Shown: positions 62,102-64,000 of the stretch, piece by piece
How positions within the stretch are numbered: position 1 is the stretch's first letter
Layout: each line of letters begins with the position of its first letter
DNA from: Cyanophyceae cyanobacterium
GTDB lineage: Bacteria > Cyanobacteriota > Cyanobacteriia > Cyanobacteriales > Laspinemataceae
Assembly: GCA_038321985.1 (NCBI GenBank)
Contig: JBBQFN010000001.1
Coordinates: forward strand, 384,001 to 448,000
Direction: 5' to 3'
Length of the DNA: 64,000 nucleotides
Made by a program: the position numbers and the translations under genes
The notes under the pieces: model-generated
What the model was told of the DNA's origin: nothing
Database searches by the model: none
Seen by the model: the letters and a program-made list of their open reading frames with translations, nothing else

Positions 62102-62617
62102 TTAATATAGATTCTGTTCTGCTTGTTGGAAATAAAAGGCGATCGTCCCGCCTAAAAATATCACCCCGCTAAAAATTGAAATTGTCCCGATCGCACTGGC
62201 TTGTCCTAATCCAACTTGGATAATCTGCCAGTTAATCAAGAAAAATAGCCAGATAATTTGTACCTTCATCCACCCAAACAGTTCACGCACCAGTCCTAAC
62301 AGTCGGTCCCCTTGGTCCTCGGTTATCGGAAACGGACTGTCTAACAGTTGAGGTAATAAGGGGGAAAGGGTTAAAACCAGGTAAATACAAGTTCCCATGC
62401 TGGGTAATAGCCAGAGAATTGGTTTGGAACCCCAGGTGTCCGGGTGTCCGGTGATGCCGAAATGAATGGGGATATTCTGCGGAAGGTTTTCCCAGGATTG
62501 TCCGATCGCCAGAAAGGTACAGAAAATTCCAGCTAAAGCAGCTATTTCCAAAGCCAGTTCCAGAGGCGATCGCACAATTGCTCCTAACAGACTTTCCCTG
62601 TTTTTGTTTCTATTCAT
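62102..62617 (-). CDS. DUF1648-like membrane protein
   Basis: LPQNIPIHFGITGHPDTWGSK signature and four TM segments. Confidence 0.85.
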   Translation of the reverse strand: MNRNKNRESLLGAIVRSPLELALEIAALAGIFCTFLAIGQSWENLPQNIPIHFGITGHPDTWGSKPILWLLPSMGTCIYLVLTLSPLLPQLLDSPFPITEDQGDRLLGLVRELFGWMKVQIIWLFFLINWQIIQVGLGQASAIGTISIFSGVIFLGGTIAFYFQQAEQNLY

Positions 62618-63155
62618 AAGCGTTTTATAAGATGGGGCGATAACTATTGTTCTCTATATTAACGAATTCCTTCGCAACCGGCTTGCGTTTTGCGGGGTAA
62701 ATGGGTAGACCTGTTTACATCGACTTAACCTAGACTGTACTCCTGCAAATTCATTTAACCCCTAACCGTTTTGTACTTTTTATGGGTATAGAAATCTCTA
62801 CCGTAACTTTCTCACTCTCATCAGCCCTCTCATTACACTCTTCCTCCTTTCTAGGCTAAAAATCTGGACAAATTGCCGGAAATTTGTATTAAAATTACAA
62901 GATTGTGCTATCAAAAGCCTATTTAGTTTAGGCGATCGCCTCCGGCATATAGAGCAGTTCCCCCAGTCAGGCAATTAGAAGCTCCCCCTCCTCAATTTAT
63001 TGTCCAACTGCGGCAAGACGCGCTATAAATGGGCTGGTCAAGTATTCCCTATCGTGAAAAAAAAACACAAATCCATCCTCAACGCGGAAGGATACAGCTA
63101 CCATTAGAACATCCGGTCAAAGTCCAGCTCACAATCAAAGCCTAATAAAAATTCA

Positions 63156-64000
63156 ATGTTAGATAACCTCGACCTTAAACTTTCCCTGGATAAAAAAACT
63201 TATCAAGAACAGATAGAAGCCTTGATGCAGCAGATCCGACAGCTACAACAAGCCTGTTGGGAAAAAAAATTAACCTCGATCTTTGTATTAGAAGGCTGGG
63301 CCGCCGCCGGGAAAGGGTCCCTCGTCAAAAAAATGGTGGGTTATATGGACCCCCGGGGATTTCGAGTCCATCCCATCTGGCCCCCCAGTGAAGAAGCGCG
63401 GCAGTATCCCTTTCTGTGGCGATTTTGGGAAAAACTGCCAGCGCGGGGTAGTATTGGCATTTTCTATCACAGTTGGTATATTCGCCTGTTAGAAGATCGG
63501 TTATTTGGACGACTCACCGATGCCGAAGTCACCTCCGCTATCCGGCAAATCAACGCCTTTGAGCGGCAGATGGTGGATGATGGGGTGGCGATCGCCAAAT
63601 TCTGGATTCACATCAGCAAAAAAGAAATCAAGAAGCGGCTGAAAAAATCCGCAGCCGACCCCCTCACCGCTTGGCGAGTCCGTCCCGAAGACTGGCAGCA
63701 ATCGAAAAGATACGATACCTACCGGGACTTAGCGGAAAATATGGTGATTCAAACCAGCACCGGACCCGCCCCCTGGACCCTTGTCGAAGGGGACGATTAT
63801 CGGTGGGCACAGGTTAAAGTGCTGACCAAAATGGCAACAACCCTCACGGAAGCCCTGGATCGCCTCCACTATCAGCTACCGGTGCCAGTTTTACCCGCTC
63901 AAGAAGAACTTCAACCCACAGAACCGGATTTTCTCTCCCAAATCGATCTGAGTGTGAGCTTAGATAAACAGGACTATAAAAAACAACTGCGCAAAGAACA
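63156..64000 (+). CDS. pap: Polyphosphate:AMP phosphotransferase (PPK2 family), 3'-truncated by the window edge
   Basis: Missing from the ORF track; translated by hand as MLDNLDLKLSLDKKTY...VLEGWAAAGKG...MDPRGF...PFLWRFW...FYHSWY. A second domain begins at IDLSVSLDKQDYKKQL. Confidence 0.88.
   Translation, partial: MLDNLDLKLSLDKKTYQEQIEALMQQIRQLQQACWEKKLTSIFVLEGWAAAGKGSLVKKMVGYMDPRGFRVHPIWPPSEEARQYPFLWRFWEKLPARGSIGIFYHSWYIRLLEDRLFGRLTDAEVTSAIRQINAFERQMVDDGVAIAKFWIHISKKEIKKRLKKSAADPLTAWRVRPEDWQQSKRYDTYRDLAENMVIQTSTGPAPWTLVEGDDYRWAQVKVLTKMATTLTEALDRLHYQLPVPVLPAQEELQPTEPDFLSQIDLSVSLDKQDYKKQLRKE

Noticed and set aside
62886..62898. GTA...TAC as an NtcA site
   Set aside because: The spacer is 7 nt rather than the canonical 8.
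1..64000. Very frequent GCGATCGC octamers
   Set aside because: This is HIP1, a well-known genome-wide cyanobacterial feature. Used only as taxonomic evidence.

Overview
Chromosomal window from a filamentous cyanobacterium. The basis is the dense HIP1 GCGATCGC octamers and the gene content; an Oscillatoriales / Oscillatoria-Laspinema-like assignment is inference. From left to right it carries: a DUF3352-like gene (5'-truncated), ccsB, two KGK genes and tilS; the gliding-motility hmpF plus hmpA-E (PilG/H/I/J/L-like) chemosensory locus; an HD protein; a coupled pair of hybrid kinases, one with two cyanobacteriochrome-like GAFs; an unusual integrase-N-domain/TM/lambda-lysozyme fusion; ABC-F, TenA, cyclophilin, RlmL-like methylase and another hybrid kinase; prolyl oligopeptidase, GH57 and an alpha/beta hydrolase; an RcaE-like GAF on a HisKA_2 kinase with a REC-kinase partner; a CcmS-like gene and an ABC exporter; a secreted VNPG/Q repeat protein; purT, pyk, a degenerate adenylate-forming enzyme, murJ, a DUF1648-like gene and a 3'-truncated PPK2/pap. 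I saw no rRNA, tRNA, CRISPR array or intact transposase. The best candidates for novelty are the integrase-domain/lysozyme fusion, the rewired photoreceptor kinases and the gluten/elastin-like secreted repeat protein. All family calls come from recognising motifs by eye, not from database searches.
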